The position numbers and the translations under genes are program-made. A DNA stretch of 64,000 nucleotides, taken from assembly GCA_001179505.1 (NCBI GenBank), contig CDMY01000227.1, positions 614,613 to 678,612 on the forward strand, given 5' to 3'. Shown piece by piece: positions 60,674-64,000 of this stretch. Every line of letters begins with the position of its first letter. The first letter of the stretch is position 1. The notes beneath the pieces were generated by a model. That model worked only from the letters and a program-made list of their open reading frames with translations. It did not search any database and was not told where the DNA came from. The stretch comes from Vitrella brassicaformis CCMP3155 (lineage: Eukaryota > Protista > Chromerida).

Positions 60674-61537
60674 CGAATGGGCTGGCCAGTGGAGTGTGGC
60701 CTCGCTGCTGCTGCTGCTGCTGCTTGTGGCCTTTGCTGCGGGGAAGCTGTTATTGCTGTCCGCTGGGGGTCGTGGCGTGGGGGATTTGGTGGGTAAGTCG
60801 ACGGTGCGTGTAAACCTTCTCTTTCTCTGTGCATTGCCTGGGGCCGCTCGAGATGCCTAATGTGTGTGCTGAGTTGGTGCATTGACAGCAGCCATTCAAC
60901 GCTTCAACGCTCATGTAAAAAATGGTGTCCGTCGAGCTACCCCCTTTGTCTTTCAAAAACAGCACACACGCACAGAGCCAGCCAGACGGACAAAGAGGAA
61001 AGGGCCAGACGAACACCATAAGGCATCCACACAGAGGGCGGTCACTTCCACTTCACCCACACATGAACACATTGGAAAAAGAGTGTGTGTGTGTTGGGGC
61101 CACCCTGCAGTGAATGGCCTGCCTCCTCTGCTTGGCAGCGGGGGCGGCCATCACCAAACGCAGGTCATATCACGGCCATACTCCTATGTTGTCTGTACTC
61201 CAATTTTATATTATGTGGTGTATGTGGTTCCTGCCCTTTGATGTGTGTGTGGCGCATCCATCCATCCATCCATCGATCGGCTTTTAGAAAGAGAAGAGAA
61301 TGGGCTGTGAGTCAGGTAAAAGGAAAGGAGGCCACACGTCGCTATCTGCCGTCGGGCCCAGCGCCCTAGCCCCCCTATGCTCACACCCATTCATCACCCA
61401 TGCATCATGTATCGCATCAACCCCCCTCTCCACCTTCAGCGACCCTTCTCACCGATCCGTCCGTCCGTCCGTCCATCCAACGACTACAACCCTTCAGCCA
61501 CAGCACACGCAATCGACACACGAGACGGGACGCTGGG

Positions 61538-63810
61538 CTAGGGCAGAATGGACAGAGCATTGAGAAGCTCCACACGGATCTCCTCCAGAGTGCCCCTATC
61601 CTGCTGCGCCGACCTCAACGCCCTCTCGCTGATGGTGCCCAGTGTGTCAGCCCACGGCCCCGCCCACTCGAAGCCAGACTGGCCACGCAGCTGCTCGATG
61701 GGGCTCGCCAGGCTGCCCAAATGGTCCAGCGGCTGGCCGGTGGGGGTCATAAGGCGGCTGTGGTGGTCGTCCCACTCCGCCACCATCAGCCGCTCGTGTA
61801 GCTGCACCACAGACTCCTGGGTCCTCCTGTCGTTGTCATTGTCGACACCGTGGATGTCGAACACGGTGGAATCGGGGCAATCGCTCCTCATTGCCATGTG
61901 GGAGAGCATCCCGAAGGCCCACACCAGCGTCGGCTGCCCCACCCACATCGCCCGGCTGTCGCCCTCTCCCAGCAACACGCCCTCCGCCCGTAGTTTCCCT
62001 CCTAGCCTCGCCATGCCGTCCCAGGCGCGCCTTTTCTTCCCTGACGGCGCAGCCTCGCTGGCCGCTGGCGGCGGCACCGGCACGTCGGGCACCCCACGGC
62101 AGAGGGCCGCCAGCTCCGGCGGCGACAGCCATCGAGTGCTGTCCGGGATCTGCCTTTCGGCCTCCTTGCGATCATCAAGCAGTGGGACCAGTGCCGCTCT
62201 GGTGCCCATGAAGGCCGGCGGGGTGGGCGCGTGGCCGTCAGGTGGGTGCAGCGACGGGCCGGGAGGGCGGATCTTGGGGCGGATGGCGATTGTGTTGGCC
62301 AGGTCCAGCAGCCTGACGTCGTCGAGCGTGAGTGGGGCGTTGCGGGAGAGCAGGGCATCCCACCGCACCATGACATTGTTGACGAAAGCGTCAAAGTGCA
62401 GGATGCCCCGCTTCACCGCTGCGATGTGGGCGAGGCAGATCAGGTAGAGGGCGCGGGTGATGACGGTTACTTCATCGACGAAAGCCGCTATCGCCTCGTC
62501 GCTGTAGGCGCCCTCCTCCAGCCTCTGCAACGCCTCCATCAGGCTATACGCCCTCTGCATCTCGCTCACCCCCGTCCAGCCAAAGAGACGGCCCACCTCT
62601 ACCCAGTCCTCACCTGCGCACCCACAACACACACACGACGAAAGCAGCACCGATGTGTAAGTAGGCCCCCTCAGTCTCTCTGGCATCCGTCCATCCACCA
62701 TTTCCATCTCTCTCACCGAGTGGGGTCATCGCTACGCACAACGCCTCGGCCTGGATGCCCTCGGTGTTGGTGTAAATGGCGGGCCGGCGGCGGTTGGTGT
62801 TGACGGCCAGGAGACTGAGGAATGGGGAGTTGCCGCCGAGTGCCCTCAGGCGGGCCCCCTCCACCTCAAACTCCCTCGCCACCTTCTGCTGCAGCCTCGC
62901 CTCCATGTCCGCGAGCCAACCTATCTTGAAGGCGGCATCCCGTCCGATGCCCTGCCCCTCATATGGCGGCTGCAGGACGCCTCGTCGCACACTCGCTCTC
63001 GTGCCGTGCCCCAGCCAGCCGACCTCGTCATCTGGCCATGTGGCGTGGTGGCCGTCCTGCAGTGTGAGAACCGCTGGTGTCGGTGGTGTCGGTGCTGCTG
63101 GTGGTAGGCTGGTGCTGATGTTGTGGGCGTTGCTGGGCTGAGGCGCTGACACAATCTGACTCCGCAACACATCCGGCTCCAACGGCTGTGGGCACACACA
63201 CACACACACGTGAACAGAGGGCTTCCACACACTGACCTCACGCACCAGGTACCTGCGACGAGTGTGGGGACATGTAGAAAGCGCTCTGGGTGGTGGAGCC
63301 TGCAGACACACACACACACATGCAACGTCACACCACACACTGATGGACATCTTGCCCCAGTCATGCCTTTGCCTGTGTGTCGACGCACCTGGTCCGTTCT
63401 TGAGATCTTCGGCAGCAAATGCGTCTTCCTCTGTCACTGTCATGGCCTGCCCCTCAGGCAGGTCCACCCTCACACCACCGCCCAACCCGGACATTTCCTT
63501 GGTCGCCCGCCGGACCAAAGTCACCTCGGCGTCCTTGTCTTCCTTGCTCCCCTCCAGCCAGAGCTCATCTCTGAGCTCCTTTGCCGTTTCGGTGCTGGAG
63601 CGAAGCTGGGCGGGCTCTCGTGGCTAGCGCTTCATGTCCAAGCCCTCGACGATGGACTGCTCGCCATCGGCCGTGACCGGCTGGTTGGCGGGCTGGTTAA
63701 CGGAAGGGCGGCGGCAGGAAGGGATACGGGAAGGCTTGTGCTTGTGCTTGTGCTCAAAAAGTGTAATGAGTTGCCGAACCTTCTTGCAGGACGGCTGAAG
63801 CTGCTGTCAG
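61538..63810 (-). CDS. Divergent protein kinase-like protein, multi-exon; in-frame TAG at 63624-63626 in upstream exon
   Basis: LGHGTRASVRRG (Gly loop), AAFK, ILHFDAFVNNVMV (catalytic loop), LLDLAN (DFG-like), WLSPPEL (APE-like), VWAFGML. The 5' end is undefined. Confidence 0.68.
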
Positions 63811-63826
63811 AAGTGCAAGTCGGTCC

Positions 63827-63848
63827 AGGGTTTAGGGTCTAGGGTTCA
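63827..63848. repeat. Short telomere-like heptamer run AGGG-TTTAGGG-TCTAGGG-TTCA
   Basis: Direct reading; resembles the TTTAGGG/TTCAGGG telomeric unit. Confidence 0.45.
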
Positions 63849-64000
63849 TAGACCGACGATCCACTGATCTGTGAGACAGGACAGCTGTTGAGTCTTTGTC
63901 CGTTCCATGAGACAGGCCATGGCGGACAGGACGTCAGACAGGATGGACTGACGCATACTACATGTCCTACGTGGACTCTCCACAAAATCCACAGACCTTA

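Noticed and set aside
1-64000. tRNA, rRNA or other structured RNA genes
   Set aside because: None recognisable by eye; tRNAscan/Infernal were not run.

Overview
Eukaryotic, GC-rich, intron-dense nuclear DNA with (GT/CA)n-rich introns, four 300-N gaps and several bipartite plastid-targeting leaders. This fits a chromerid-type alveolate alga such as Vitrella (inference, not proven). Genes in order: XPF/ERCC4 (5' part); two hypotheticals; LCM-family SAM methyltransferase; TAD2/ADAT2; a degenerate DEDDh nuclease; FMO; a multi-exon Piwi-clade Argonaute missing two catalytic residues; an HCF164-like thioredoxin head-to-head with a nuclear, plastid-targeted psbL; a very large OPR/HPR-type repeat protein; two hypotheticals; a ~15 kb intron-containing Helitron region; an NSP5-like kelch protein; a duplicated small plastid-targeted membrane protein flanking an internally duplicated ARM-like + RING gene; an atypical Rab-like GTPase; a divergent kinase. 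In the Helitron region an unknown Cys-rich gene is linked convergently to RepHel in two diverged copies, one carrying a 3.65 kb deletion. Exon boundaries were read by eye; outer coordinates of multi-exon genes are approximate.
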